A stretch of DNA of 64,000 bases from Vicugna vicugna. Its lineage: Eukaryota. The translations under genes and the position numbers were made by a program. The notes under the pieces were generated by a model. That model saw nothing but the letters and a program-made list of their open reading frames with translations, was not told where the DNA came from and made no database searches. Where the stretch lies: assembly GCA_013265495.1 (NCBI GenBank), contig MU058444.1, positions 1 to 64,000 of the forward strand, in the 5' to 3' direction. This document shows positions 12,451-27,335 of this stretch, in pieces (positions within the stretch are counted from its first letter, which is position 1; each line of letters begins with the position of its first letter).

Positions 12451-13157
12451 TGTGTCATAATTTGCAGTTTGGAATCTGGTAACATAAGAGAGGAAGAATA
12501 GAACTCACGCCAGGTTGAAACTGCCTCCCTCCTTCAGCCTCTGAATTCTGTTACATTAGCCCTGCATTCTGGAGTTAAACATTAGAGGCGCTGCTTGTGC
12601 CCAGGTGGCTCATTAAGTTCCCTGAAGAAAGTTTCCACCCCACAGCTCCAGGTTAGTGACCACTATTACTTGTTGTACATACGTTTGCTTCTAGCCTTGA
12701 AACCTTGCGAATAAGCAGAGATGAGAATGGTGAAGGAGAAATTACTGCTACCAACTTGAAGTCTTGCGGAAGCCTTGTGACCCAGCCCACTTGAGCAAGC
12801 AGAACAAAGAAATGTTATGCTTCCCTTAAAGGTCAGGTGGCTCTAAGAAGTCTGCAACCCCCCTTTGCCCTTTAATCATGAACCCTCCCACTCCCCCTTC
12901 TCCCTTAGCCTGAATTAAATAAAGATTTCATTAAATTAAATAAATTATTTAATTAAAAATTTAAAATTAAATCAAATACATAAATAAAAGAAGCCTGAAT
13001 TGTCTTCCAAGTTAAGGTGGTTCTTTGGGACATTAGTCTGCCATCTTCTTGGTCTACTGGCTTTCCCAATCAAGTTGCTATTCCTTGCCCCAACACCTTG
13101 TCTCTCAACTTATTGGCCTGTTGTGTGGTGAGCAGCACGAGCTTAGACTCCATAACA
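12451..13157 (+). mobile_element. ERV1 (MER34-like) solo LTR; left end uncertain
   Basis: 3' end aagttgctattccttgccccaacaccttgtctctc...gagcagcacgagcttagactccataaca; possible TSD ctga/gtga. Confidence 0.6.
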
Positions 13158-13605
13158 GTGATGGAGAGGGTGCTGGGGATAAAGATATGCTCTTTGCATT
13201 GGGGCAGGTCATCCTAAGGTTGTCTGCAACTACAATTTCTCTGTCTGAAAAGCCGGGAAAAATCGCTCAGTTGGGTACAGCTGGTGGTACATGTGGACAG
13301 AGGGGTCCAGGTGTTTCAGTTTTTTCCAACCTGCAGGGAGATAGTCTGCTTTGGAACAGCACCCTAGGAACTGCTTAGGGGACTGAGGTAGGGCCAAGAT
13401 GTTCCACACTGGTTCCAAATTCCTGTAACTGTATTGTATCTAATAAAAACCAGTCTGCTAGGATGAAGGAACCGTCAAGGGCTCGGCAGACTCTGGACCT
13501 GCTGTAAGGGAGGCCAGAACTCAAATCCTAGCAGGGAATTGCAGTGCCAATCAGAGCCCAGGCTGAGCCCCTCGGAGTCCTCGGTAGCACACCCCTTTGA
13601 GGATC

Positions 13606-13964
13606 TCATGTTGTGGGTCCAAAAGTGTGGGCCCCAATCAGCAGCATTACCTAGGAACTTGTTAGAAACACAGAATGTTGGCCTCCCCTCCTGAACCTAC
13701 TGAATCAGAACTTTGTAGCAGGGCCCAGGCATGGGGGTTTTAGTATGTCCCCCAGCTGATTTTTTAAAACATTGTTTATACTTTGTTTGGTTGTTATGGG
13801 TTTTGGGCGTGGGGCAGGGGTGATTAGGTTTTTACTTATTTTAATGGAGGTACTGGGGATTGAACCCAGGACCTTGTGCATGCTAGGCACACAGTCTACC
13901 TCTGAGCTATACCTTCCCCCACACTTGATTTTGACACAAGTTAAATTTGAAAACCAATGATTTA
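13606..13964. mobile_element. MER5A-like element interrupted by a SINE
   Basis: aagtgtgggcccc..agcagcattacctaggaacttgttagaaa..acctactgaatcagaac..tttgaaaacca. Confidence 0.65.
13760..13920 (-). mobile_element. vic-1-like SINE nested in a MER5A-like element
   Basis: tRNA-Ala head 13845-13920, flanked by tgatttt repeats. Confidence 0.85.
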
Positions 13965-14033
13965 ATGAAATGAATGGGCAGTTTTATTAGGAAAATGTAT
14001 ATATACTCATGGTATTTTTTTTTGAAGTATAGT

Positions 14034-14835
14034 AATTTTCAATGTTTTGTGTTAATCTCTGTGTACAGCATGGTGATTCAGTTACATACATAAACATATA
14101 TACATGTATATATTCAGATTCTTTTTCATTATAAGTTATTGCAAGATATCGAATACAGTTCCCTGTGCTATACAGTCGAAATGTATTGTTTATCTATTTT
14201 ATATATAGTAGTTCATATCTGCAAATCCTAAACTCTCAATTTGTCCCTCCCCTCCCTTTCCCACTCTGGTAACCATAAGTTTGTTTTCTGTGTTTGTGAG
14301 TCTGTTTCTGTTTTGTAAATAAGTTCACTTGTCATTTTTTTTTAGATTCCATATATGAGTGACATCATATGATATTTGTCTTTCTGTCTGATTGACTTCA
14401 CTTAATATGATAATCTCTAGGTCCATCCATGTTGCTACAAATGACATTATTTCATTCTTTTTTTAAAATTTTAATTCTTACTTTTTATTAAGTGTAGTTG
14501 ATTTGCAATGTTAGTTTCAGGTGTACAGAAAGCAATTTAGTTATACACATATATGTATATATTTTCAGTTTCTTTTCCATTACAGCTCATTATAAGTAAC
14601 TGAATATAGTTCCCTGTGCTATATATATGTAGGTCCTTGCTACTTTATTTTATTCTTTTTTATGGCTGAGTAGTATTCCATTGTATATGTGTATATGCAC
14701 CATAACTTCTTCATCCATTCATCTGTTGATGGACATTTAGTTTGTTTCCATGTCTTGGCTATTGTAAATAGTGCTGCTGTGAACATTGGGGTGCACATAT
14801 CTTTTTGAGTTAGGGTTTTCTCTGGATATATTCCC
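14034..14835 (-). mobile_element. L1 3' end with a second L1 3' fragment nested at ~14465-14643
   Basis: antisense L1 3' UTR into ORF2 C-terminus (GIYPEKTLTQKDMCTPMFTAALFTIAKTWKQ); inner TSD ttatttcattctttttt / ttattttattctttttt. Confidence 0.85.
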
Positions 14836-15077
14836 ATCTCCAGGTATATCTTAGTAATGAGTCATCACAGGGAGCATTCTAGAGCAATGGGAGGGCTGAC
14901 GGCCTGGCTAGATCATTCAGGGAGCTTAGGACATGTCAATCATTTCTGACCGGCCAATCAATGGCAGGGGTCAGACTAGGAGAGAGTAGGTAAGTAATTG
15001 TACCCCAAAAGGTGGGTAGACTTTGAGAAGAAATTTGCTTTATGCAGTAATTGCCAAGTGTCAGCTCATCCTCATTA

Positions 15078-15516
15078 TGTCCATTTCCTAGGGCTGCTGT
15101 AGCAAGGTACAACAAACTGGGTGGCTTAAGACAACAGCAATGTATTCCCTGAGTTCTGGAGGCTAGAAATCTGAAACCGAGGTGCCAGCAGGGCTGTGAC
15201 CGCTCCGAAGGCTCTGGGGAAGAATTCTTCCTTGTGGCGTCGACTTTCTGGTGGTTATCGGCAACCCTTGGCATTCCTTGGTTTGTGGCAGAATAACTCC
15301 AGTCTCTGCCTCCATCTTCACGGGACTTGCATGTCTCCGAATCTCTTACAAGGACATTAGTCATTGGGTTTAGGACCTGCCTTCATCCAATATGACTTTC
15401 TCTTAATTACGTCGGCAAAGACATTTCCAAACAGGGTCATGTTCACATGTAGTGGGGATTGGGGCTTCAATATATTCTTTTTTTTGGAGGAGGGGGATGT
15501 AATTTAAACCATAACA
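15078..15516 (-). mobile_element. MLT1-type MaLR solo LTR
   Basis: cctagggctgctgtagcaaggtacaacaaactgggtggcttaag...ccataaca. Confidence 0.82.
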
Positions 15517-15774
15517 CTGATTTATATCAGCAGGGAGGCCAAGAGGAGTGGTGGAGGGAGCAATCCACCAGGCAGAGGCAGTAAGGGATGCGTTGTCTGC
15601 AGAGAGTTTAAAAGCAGTAATGAAACCAACTAAAAGTCAAGTCTTTTTAATTTTCACCATGCTCGAAGAATTAAACAAACTCAGTGGTCAAATGCCCCTC
15701 CCTCCCGGGGACCACTCCCACCACGACCCTCCTGCCCCCACCTGTACAGCAGTGTACCAGCTGGTGCATCACTA

Positions 15775-16141
15775 GTTCTTGTTTCTTAGGGTGGCCATAA
15801 TAAAGTAGTGGCTTAAACCATGGAACTTAGTTTTCTCCCAGTGTCGGAGGCAAGAAGTCCAGGATCAAGATGCCAGCGGGGCTGGTTTCTTCAGAGGCCT
15901 CCCTCCTTGGCTTGTAGATGGCTGTCCTCTTGTGTCTTCCTTCTGGGTGGCTCTGCGTTCGAATGTCCTAATTTTAGAAGCACACCACTCATGCTGGATT
16001 AGAACCCACTCTAACGACCTCAGTGACTTAATTACCTCTTTAAAGACCCTGCCTCCAAATACAGTCATATTCTAAGATACTGGGGTTTAGAGCTTCGATG
16101 TTTGAACTTTGGGGGAGGGAAACACAATTCAGCCCATAACA
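15775..16141 (-). mobile_element. MLT1A-type MaLR solo LTR
   Basis: aagtccaggatcaagatgccagc...ttaattacctctttaaagaccctgcctccaaatacagtca...cacaattcagcccataaca. Confidence 0.82.
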
Positions 16142-16432
16142 CCACCAAATCCATCTGTTAAGTATTTTGGGTTAAATTACGGTAGAAACAAAAGTCCTGC
16201 CTTTTCCAGGAAACCCATTCTTACGTTTACCAGCATTCTGCTCTCACGCTTACTACCTCAGCATTGCACAAATTGGTCCCTAGGGAACAGTTTCCCAGCC
16301 ATTACTTGATAAGAGGTTCATGGTCAAATAAGTTTTGGAAACAAAAGAAGGGTAGCAAGTTTCCCCAGACTTACTTTATCGGGGTAACCCTTTCTCATGG
16401 TTCATCAATGTGATTCAGAAAGACGCTCTGTA

Positions 16433-16623
16433 TGACAGAGAACAATTTCATACTGTGTAACACGTGGAAAAAATATTCACTCTCTTGTAGTGACTTATGG
16501 TGAAAAAGAATATGAAAATGAACACATGTATGCTCATGTATGACTGAAGCATTGTGCTGTACACCAGAAACTAACACAACATTGTAAACTGACTAGACTT
16601 CAATTAAAAAATATATACAAAAA
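16433..16623 (+). mobile_element. short L1 3' end
   Basis: same family as 7681-7868; TSD aaagacgctctgta / aaagatgttctgta. Confidence 0.8.
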
Positions 16624-19221
16624 AAAAGATGTTCTGTAGAACAAACCTGGGGGGGATAAAGCTGATTTATGGCAGGATTAAAATTGCCTTGGTGCTGTTA
16701 GGAGTATATTTAATTGCTCTTTAAAAAACAAGCAAAAATAATGCCATTAGTCATTGAAAAATGGTAATAATATTCTGTGTATGTACTTCACTATGAAACA
16801 GCAAAAAGATAATAAACAAAAATTTGTAATGTTATTAAGACGATGTTTTATAATTTGGGTCTAGGACACCAATATGATCTTGAGAGTTGAAGAGCTAACT
16901 AGTATTAACCCTGATGTCAGCTGGTAGATAACCACTGGCTAACGATGGTTAAAGCTCATCTGGTAAAAGATTGAAGGTAAAGATGGCAGATTTCACTGAG
17001 GCCCTGGAATGATCTTAGAGCCACTGAAAGAGGGAAAAAAAGCAGAAATAAGGAAAAGAAAAGAAAATCACCTTAAGTCCAACCAGTTAGAGAAAATAAT
17101 TTTACTCTGCTGCTTTATATTTATCACATAATTGCAATTATACTGCATATTAATTTTAGTGCATGAAGCAAGACATAGAATTTATATCACAACCATTTCC
17201 TCAGGACATTTTAAATTGTTCATAAATATCATTTCTAATGGTTACAAAATGAAGTAAGGGGAAGTGCCCTTTTTGGTGTATATATGCCTTTACAGTATGC
17301 TACTCTTAAAAAACCCTGCTAATTCAATTAGCAAAATTGATTCCATTTAAATTTTCATTTCCTTGATTACAAATGAGTTTGTATCTTTTGCCGTATACTC
17401 ATTAGCCTGCCCTTTTAAATTAATGTTTAGTTTTTAGAGAATGAAAAATGCTTAATTCTGGTAAAATACATATAACATGAAATTTACTATCTTAGCCATT
17501 TTTCAGTGTACAGTTCAGTGGTGTTAATTAAGTACATTCACGTTGTTGGGCAGCCGGTCTTCAGAACTCTTTCCATTTTGGAAAACGCAACTCAATATCC
17601 ATTAGCAGCAACTCTTCAGTCCTCTTTCTCCTAGAGTGTCAACAGCCGTCTTTCTGTCTCTATGAATTTGGCAGGAATTGCCCTAAATTTGTAGGTTGCT
17701 TGAGTTGTATTGACATATTAACGATGTTAAGTCTTCTGTTTCATAAACACAGGATGTCTTTCTGAGCTTTATCTCTTTTATGAGTAATTTTTTCATATCC
17801 TTTTTCTTTTCTAGGCAGTCTTAATGTCTTTAATTTTCAATGTTTATGAACTTTTTATATATTAAGGATATTAACCTTCTGTCATACTGCAAATACATAC
17901 AGCAAATATTGTCCCCAGCTTACCGATCTTACTGATCTTTTCATTTTTTTGATGACATTTTGATATAAGTTTTACATCGAGTTAAATTTTACAGTATTCT
18001 GAATATCTTTTTTTTTTATTTAAGATAACTTTTGTTGATGTATAATTGACATATACCATCATATTAGTTTCAGGTAGACAACATAATGCATTTAGGATAA
18101 TTTTTTAAAAAACTGCACTCAGCTAGAATAAGAGCATTTATCAAGTGTTTGCTGTTCTCTAAAGTCTACATATACATGCTAATTCCTTCATCCTCACTAC
18201 AGCTCTCTGAGGTTGTTACTAATATGATCATTCCCATTTTACATATGAGGAAACTGAGACACCAGGAGGTTAAGTCACTTGTCCAAAGTCACACAGTTCA
18301 AGCCAGGCAGCCAGAGGTCAGAGACCTCATTCCTTGAGCTCTGTGCTCTGTTATGTCCCGTCCTGGCCTTTCTCTCTATACTGGAACTTCTTATGGATTT
18401 ACTAGGGACAATGGGTAAGGAGCAGGGAGGCCTTCCAAGCCCAAGGTAGGATCCTTGTCAACCAGGAGCCACAGTTCCCTGCAGCAGGCAGTGAGACCAG
18501 ATCAGGTCCAGGTCCTGGGTCTGGATTAGGGAGCAAAGAGAAGGATCTGTCCCTTGGGGGTGGAGGGTAGAACTGAGCTCGCTCCTGGAGAAGAGCCTCT
18601 TCCAGCTTGGTAATGGCGAGAGGGAAAGGCTGTGGAAAACAGAAGAACATTCAGCAATTTATTTAAAATTTATGTGGCACTTTTTCAATAACTGTTAGGC
18701 AAATGATCTCTTAAGCTGGATGTGCTCTTGACAGGCACTGATTTATTGTGAGTGATGCTGATAATACTACACATCTTCACTGAAGTAATTTCCTCTTCCC
18801 AGTGCCTTTTTTGAGCCAGAAAAGAGAACTTCCCTAGTTTTGTTTTTGTCCTTAAAAAAAAAAAAAACTTAATGGTGTGCTAAACTTGTCCCTTTTCTGC
18901 CTATCAAAGAATGCCCCCTAGGCTCTCTGGGCCAAACTCAGACATACTTTATTTGGGACATATATTCAAAAGGGGGAGAAAACAGTTAAAAGATTGTGAC
19001 ATCTATTCCGGTGACCACAGTGATGAGAAAACAAACCTGGGGCCTTATCTCATATCTTGTTTATTTTATACAGAATCTGAGATACCCAAAGTCCTTCAGC
19101 GTTGAAAAAGTTGCTCTTCTGTTTCGTTATGTAAGTGATGTTTTGTTGAGCTTTGTTTCATAGCAGGTCTAGGTCTGTCCCCAGCGGCTGCCTCACGCAC
19201 GCTCACAAGCACGTTTCCCAC

Positions 19222-21840
19222 CTCCATATCGCATGAAATGACGACCACAGTAAGCTTAGTGACCATCCGTCCTCTCGAATAGATACAAAATTAAAGAAAC
19301 AAGGAAAAAAATGTTTTTCCTTGTGATGAGAACTCTTAGGATTGGCTCCCTTAACGACTTTCATATACCACACAGCAGGGTTAATTACGTTTACAGGCTG
19401 TACATGACATCCCCAGAGGTTATTTTAATCTTATGACTGGAAGTTTGTACTTTTTTGACCACTTTCCTCCAATTCCCCTCCCCCGCCCCCTGCCTCTGGT
19501 AACCACAAATCTGATCCCTTTTTCTATGATTTTGTTTGTTTTTGAAGTGTATGGACCTACAACACTACCTTGCTTCATGATAGACAACATCGTGATTTGA
19601 TATTTCTATACATTTCAAAATGATCACCAGAATAAGTCTAGCTACCCATCTGTCACCATATAAAAATATTACATAGTTACTATGTTCTGTAAACTGTGTA
19701 TTTCATAACTGTGACTCATTTATTTTGTAACTGGAAGTTTCTGCCTCTTAATCTCCCTCTACTATTTCTCTCCTCCTCCCCCACACCCCTCCCCTCGGCA
19801 ACCGCTTGTTTGTTCTCTGCATCTATGATTCTGTTTCTGCTTTACTATGTTTGCTCATTTGTCTTGTTTTTAGATTCCACATATAAGTGAAACCATAGAG
19901 TGTTTTTCTTTTTCTGTCTGACTTATTTCCCTTAGCATAATACTCCCTAGGTGCTTCCATTTTGTTGCAAATGGCAAGAGTTTATTCTTTTTCATGACTG
20001 AGTAATATTCTGTTGTGTATATATACCATTTCTTCCTTATCCATTCATTGATTGACGGACACTTAAGTTGCTTCCATATCTTGGCTACTGTGAATATGTA
20101 GCAATGAACATAAGGGTGCGTGTATCTTTTCTAATTAGTATTTTTGTTTTCTTCAGATAAATATCCAGGAGCAGAATTGCTGGATCATATGGGAGTTCTC
20201 TTTTTAAGTTTTTGAGGAATCTCCATACCGTTTTCCATAGTGGTTGCATCAGTTTACTTTCCCACCACTGGTGCGGGAGGGTTTCCTTTTCTCCACATCC
20301 TGTCCAGCACTTGTTATTTGCTCTCTTGTTGATGGCCATTCTGACAGGTGTGAGGGGATGTCTCATTGCGTTTTTGATTTGCATTTCCCTGATGATTAGT
20401 GATGTTGAGCATCTTTTCATGTTGGTTATCTGTATGTCTTTTCTTTTTTTTGGAGGGGGGAGTCTCTAGTCAGATCCTCTGAATCTATTTTAATCAGGTT
20501 TCTTTTTTTTTTTTTTTTGGTGTTGAATTGTATGAGGTTTGTGTGTGTGCGTGCGTGTGTTCTGGGTATTAACCCCTTACTGGATACATTGTTTGCAAAT
20601 ATCTTCTCCCATTCAGTAGGCAGCCTTGTGGTTTTGTTGATAGTTTGCGTCACTGTGCAAAAGCTTTCTAGTTTGATGTAGTCTCATTTGTTTATTTTTG
20701 CTTTTGTTTCTCTTGCCTGAGGAGACATATGCAAAAAAATTTGGTAAGACCGGTGTTGTGGAGGCTACTGCCTATGTTTCCCTCCAGAAGTCTTACGGTT
20801 TCAGGTTTTCATTTATATCTTTAATCCATGTTGAATTTATTTTTGTGCATAGTATGAGGAAGTTTCCTGTTTGATTCTTTTGCATGTAATGATCCAGTTT
20901 TCCCAGCACCATTTATTGAAGGGACTGACCATCAACATCCATTTATGATAAAATTTCTCAACAAAGTAGGTGTGACGGAATGTACCTTAACATAATAAAG
21001 GCCATGCATGACAGGTCCACAGCTAACATGCTCAAAAGTGAAAATCTGAAAGCATTTCCTGCAAGATCAGGAACAAGACAAGTGTGCCCACACTCATCAC
21101 TTTTATTTAACATAATATTGGAAGTCCTAGCCACAGCAATCAGACAAGAAAAGAAATAAGAGGAACCCAGATTGGAAAGGAAGAAGTAAAACTCACTGTT
21201 TGCAGATGACATGATACTGTACATAGACAATTGTAAAGATGCAACCAAAAACTTACTAAAACTCATCAATGAATTTGGTAAAATTGCCGAGTACAAAATT
21301 AATATACAGAAATCTCTTGTTTCTATACACTCACAATGAACTATCAAAATGAAATTAAGAAAACAATCTCATTATAATCATACCAAAATACTTAGGAATA
21401 AATCTAAGGAAGTGAAAGACCTATACTTGGAAACCTATGACATTGATGGAAGAAATTGAAGACAACAGAAACAGATGGAAAGATATACCATGTTCTTGGA
21501 TTAGAAGAATTAACATTAAAATGTGCATACTCTCCAAGGCAATCTACAGATTCAGGGCAACCCCTATCTACATACCAATGGCATTTTTCACAGAACTGGA
21601 ACAAATAATTCTAAAATTTGTATGGAAACACAAAAGTCCCTGAATAACAAAAACAATCCTGGGAAAGAAGAACAAAGCTGGGGAATCACATGCCCTGACT
21701 TCAAACTATGTTACAAAGCTACAGTCATCAAAACAGTATGGTATCGGCACAAAAACAGACCGATAGATCAATGGAACAGAACAGAGAGCCCAGAAATGAA
21801 CCCACACCTATATGGGCAATGAAGCCCAATGACAAGGGAG
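19222..21840 (-). mobile_element. 5'-inverted L1: 3' part on minus (19222-20928), ORF2 RT part on plus (20931-21840)
   Basis: ORF2 peptides on both strands (minus [16 protein letters not shown]; plus [46 protein letters not shown]). Confidence 0.88.
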
Positions 21841-22750
21841 TTTTTTTTTTTTAAGGACTAGTAGATTCTGTTCCCCCACTTTTCTGAAGGGCTTTAAGGA
21901 AGCAGCTCTACTGTAGAACTCGGGCATGAATCCAGGGGACATGGACTGTGAAAGACTCTGAGTCATAAGCCCTATGTGTGACACACTCGAGAATGTAGGG
22001 TTCTTGCCGGGAGGAGCCCTCTGTCTGGCTCGCCTAGTAGTCCCAGTTCCCCGGTCCCTGGCACTGAGTGGAAACTCAGTAAACATTTGCTGGCTACCAG
22101 ATGCGCCTTCCCACCACATTGTCAAGGCTCTCTCAGTAACAGGCAGTGAGAACCGAAGTGCATTCCCAGCAGCCCCCGGGCCCGCCAATCTTTTCTGCGG
22201 ACAAGGCAGGCAGTGCAATGGCCCAACCATAGCGAGGCACTTTAAAGACACCGTAAAAGCCACTCTAAGAAAAACAGTTCCCCCAGTGGTGCCTGGAATT
22301 CCATGAAGAGGGGTTTTCTGTCTGTGTATATCCTCATTAACTTCTTTGCAAATGCCATGGGAAGAGGTACCCACACTGGGCCCCTGAACCCTTCATGAGG
22401 ATGAACTGATCATGTGAAAGTTTTCTTCCCAAGACAGGCCACCAGCAGGAGGCGGCAGCTGCCTGGTTAGAAGGTTTAGCCTCATCCTGAGCCACTGTGG
22501 CCACGCACGTGGGCTCAAGGGTTTCTCCAGACTTTTCCACTCAATCTTCAATGTTGGCTTCAAATATGGAAGCTCCAGAAACAGGCCTCAGTCATACTGT
22601 TCTCAGGCCCATTGTTTTTAGGATCCATAACAACCTCCCCAACCCCAGACTTCAAATAGAGAGATTCTATCGCTGGCCAGCCTTTATTATGTATGCTTAT
22701 ATTGTTTTCTTTACAGAAATAACAGCCGTATTTTCTATTAAAAACTCCCA

Positions 22751-22882
22751 GGGTGGGAGAGGGTAGAGCGTGTGCTTAGCATGCACGAGGTCCTGGGTTC
22801 AATCCCCAGTCCCTCCATTAAACAAACAAGTCCTAATTACCTCCCTCCTCCCTGGAAAAAATAGTATTTTAAAAAGCAAAAC
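22751..22882 (+). mobile_element. vic-1-like SINE
   Basis: ggtagagcgtgtgcttagcatgcacgaggtcctgggttcaatcccc; TSD aaaactccca. Confidence 0.88.
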
Positions 22883-23224
22883 AAAACTCCCATGATGTTT
22901 GTGTGACCTGAGGTTGAGACCAGCCCCAGGTCCTGCAGGCAAGGCGGGGCAGGGGCTGACTTTTACTGAGCAGCTGCTGTGTGTAGGCACCCGGCCAGAT
23001 GGGCGCTTCCTGCTGGAAAAGACTTGGGGAGGGAGATATTTACTGAGAACAAAGCTGAGGCTCTTGGGAGAAACAGTTGCCACTCGCAGGGTGATGAAGC
23101 TGAGCTGAATTCCACAGGCCCCGTTCTCCTCTCTAGAAGGAGGGTCACAGATGTCCGCGGGGGCCGGGGAACGAGCGGTGCAGTCTTCATAATATTCCCA
23201 CTGGACGTGGCACAGGACCGTCTT

Positions 23225-23625
23225 TCACAGGGGATGCATGCAACAGAAACCCATTCAAAATAAGCTTAAACAAAAATGTGAGTTTGTTGGGAGGGATATT
23301 GGGCACCACCTAGGATCTGAAATAGGTTGAACAGGCAGGGTCTTACCTGTCACAGGCCTCAGGGTCTCACCTGATGCTTCACCTGGGAGGGGGCTCGGTA
23401 ACCTGTGTCTCTGTCTCTTGGTCAGAATCCTCAAGAGAGAGATCCTAATTGGCTCCTGACCAGCCAATGGATTGCCTCCTCCAGAGTCAGGTGTTCGCCT
23501 CTCGTCCAATCAGATCTGACCAAGAGTCATGATGTCAAGAGGTAGCCTCTGGGAGTGAATTCTGTGAATGAAGGAGACAGTTTTTAAAAAAGCCGTCCTG
23601 TGCTGGGCAGACAGCCCAAAGGTGT
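23225..23625. mobile_element. old MLT1-like LTR
   Basis: gcaacagaaacccattcaaaataagcttaaacaaaa...tgggcagacagcccaaaggtgtccatta. Confidence 0.45.
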
Positions 23626-25414
23626 CCATTATTATTTGGCTAGAACCCAATAAATATTTATTGCCCGGTTGTTTTGTTGTTTTTGTTGTTTGGGTTTTTT
23701 TGTTTGTTTGTTTGTTCCTGACCAAACACTTTGAGGACCTTAGCCGAATCATTCTTCTGTTTTTCATTTAAGAAAAATATGTGGCGTTTCTATACATCAG
23801 TTGTCCCCTTGTTTACAACCATTGGAGCAAATCGAGAAAGGAGAAATGGGCTATTTATTCTCAGATGTTTGATTTGAAGGGGACAGAGGACATGGGAAAA
23901 CATCTGTGGCTGACGCTGTTGTGTTTGCTGCTGGAGGCCAACCAGGGCCAGTTACAGAAGGAGTGGGTGGCAACAAGGAGGTGCTTTGTTTTTTCCCCAC
24001 AGGAAGTTATTTTTCTCTGTTTTGCAAGTTTGTTGAATTTCTTTTGTTTCTGGGGTCAATAATGTGGATGCCTGAAACTTCTTTTTCCCCCTTCGGCTTG
24101 CCCTAATTTTGCATTTTACGTAACTCCAGAGCTGACGAAAAGCTGACCTGTCACGATGCACTGCTTGTGGTTTAGCTAGACACCGAAGGCTGCGCGCTTA
24201 TGAATTAGTCTTATGATGCCCCCGTGAGGGTGCTGCTGGAATCCCAAGGCACTTGTGGTTAAAAGGATTTGTTATCAAATGTCAAGCTTCAGAATGGGAA
24301 AAAGAAGAAATTAAAAAAAAAAAATCATAAGGGAACAATCCACCTCCAAAAAAAAAAAACCCGATCTTCTGCAAGGCTTAAAGTGACAGAGAGCATTGCT
24401 AGGCATGACCGAGTTAGGTGGGTGAGAATTTGAGACCCGCCTCAAGCCACCCCTGTTAGTGACTGTGCGTGTGTTTACTTTTCTAAGCTGCAAGTGTGAA
24501 AGAGCCGTGGACAACCTTTCCACTGGGTTTCGTGTTGCCTAAATGCTGTTGCCTGTGTGGATCTTTAGCACTTGGGTAACGCTCCATAGATGACAGCTAC
24601 TGTCAGCTGGAATTGTCTGTGCCTGAAAGCAAGGGGCAGCCCTTCTGCAGGACGAGATGAGGAAGAGAGAGGATGGGTGGGGGGCGGGCATCAGGAACCC
24701 AAATAAAACCGGGTACTCAGCATACAGCCTGAAGCAAATGTTCAATGAACACTTGGAGGTTCAGGAAGAGAGGGAAGGTGTGACATCCCTGGAGATGACT
24801 CCCACTGTCACAAAGCAGACAGAAAAAGTCTTTTCTCCTATTCATTTTAGCGTCAGGGAATCATATAAGTATAGAATGCTCATGTGGTAAGGATTCTAGA
24901 AAGGTACTCCAGTTTTTTTTTTTTCCCATGTGGGATAACTTGAGTGGTTGAATGACTTTTCCAGTTAAAATATGAATCAGTAGCAGGCTGAGATTAGAAC
25001 CCGAGATGCAGAACAAATAATCCCTTATTTAATGCTGAAGTGTTACTCAAGATTGGCCAAATCAGGACTGCCTTAGATTAAAAAAAGAAAAATTAACTGG
25101 GCAAGTTATTTAACCTGACTCTGCTGTGGTTTCCTTACCTGCAAAGCAGCAATAATACGACCACTGCCCTCTTCCAGAAGGCTGCAGTAAAGATGACATT
25201 CTACATAAAAACATCTAGAAATGTGCAATAAGTGTTACCTGTATGATTACCTGCCACCAGAACTTATGTCTCACAATTCCCAGACGTGACCAGTCGGCCT
25301 TCGCCGTCTCTAAAATCACTGGCTTCCTACCTCTATGTCTGCATGAAGATAAACTCTTTAATGGCCAAGGTATTTGTTACCTCTTTATACCTCCTGGCAC
25401 CTGGCATAGTTATC

Positions 25415-26670
<1,256 letters not shown>

Positions 26671-26689
26671 AATATAAAGTCATAGATGG

Positions 26690-27335
26690 ATTGCAAGTAA
26701 AAGAAGGAAAACAAGCGGTCATCATAAGAAAGCTGGCTATATTAAAACCAGACAAAGTAAACGTCAAAACAAGGAGAAAAAGGGATCCACTATTACGATA
26801 CAAAGGTGCATCCATCAAGAAGACACGTCAGTCCTAAATGTGCAAGTATCTACTAACAGACTTTCGAAGCGTATGGGACAAAAGTTAGTGGAGAAAGACA
26901 CAGCCACAAATGTATTTTGAGATTTCAACGCTCTCCTCTAATGAAGCAGACAAAGGAAGGAGGCAGAAGATTTGAACAGTGTCCTGAGGAATTCAGCCTA
27001 GGAGCGAACACCGCCCACCACGCATGTCAGCACACCTCTGTCCAAGAGCACGTGGAACATTCGGCAAGAATGACCATAGGCTGAGCTATAAAATGAGTCT
27101 CATGTTTAAAGCAGTGACTTGTACAGAATGTTCTTGGACTGCAATGACATTATGTCAGACATCAATAATAAAAAAAAATTCTAGAAAAACCCCACAGATT
27201 TTGAAGAGAAGTTACATATTGTTAAATAACCCACAGGTCAAAGAGGCTCTCACAAGGGACATTAGAAAACACAACTGGACAACAATGAAACACAACTTAA
27301 GAAAACATACAGGATGCAGCTAAAACAGCAATAAT
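26690..27335 (+). mobile_element. decayed L1 ORF2 endonuclease-region fragment
   Basis: ctatattaaaaccagacaaagtaaac, catcaagaagacac..cctaaatgtg, gagatttcaacgctct, ggatgcagctaaaacag. Confidence 0.7.

Noticed and set aside
21808..22374. 188-aa minus-strand ORF
   Set aside because: Non-ATG start, no homology I recognise, ends in a poly-A/L1 junction; a chance ORF in GC-richer DNA.
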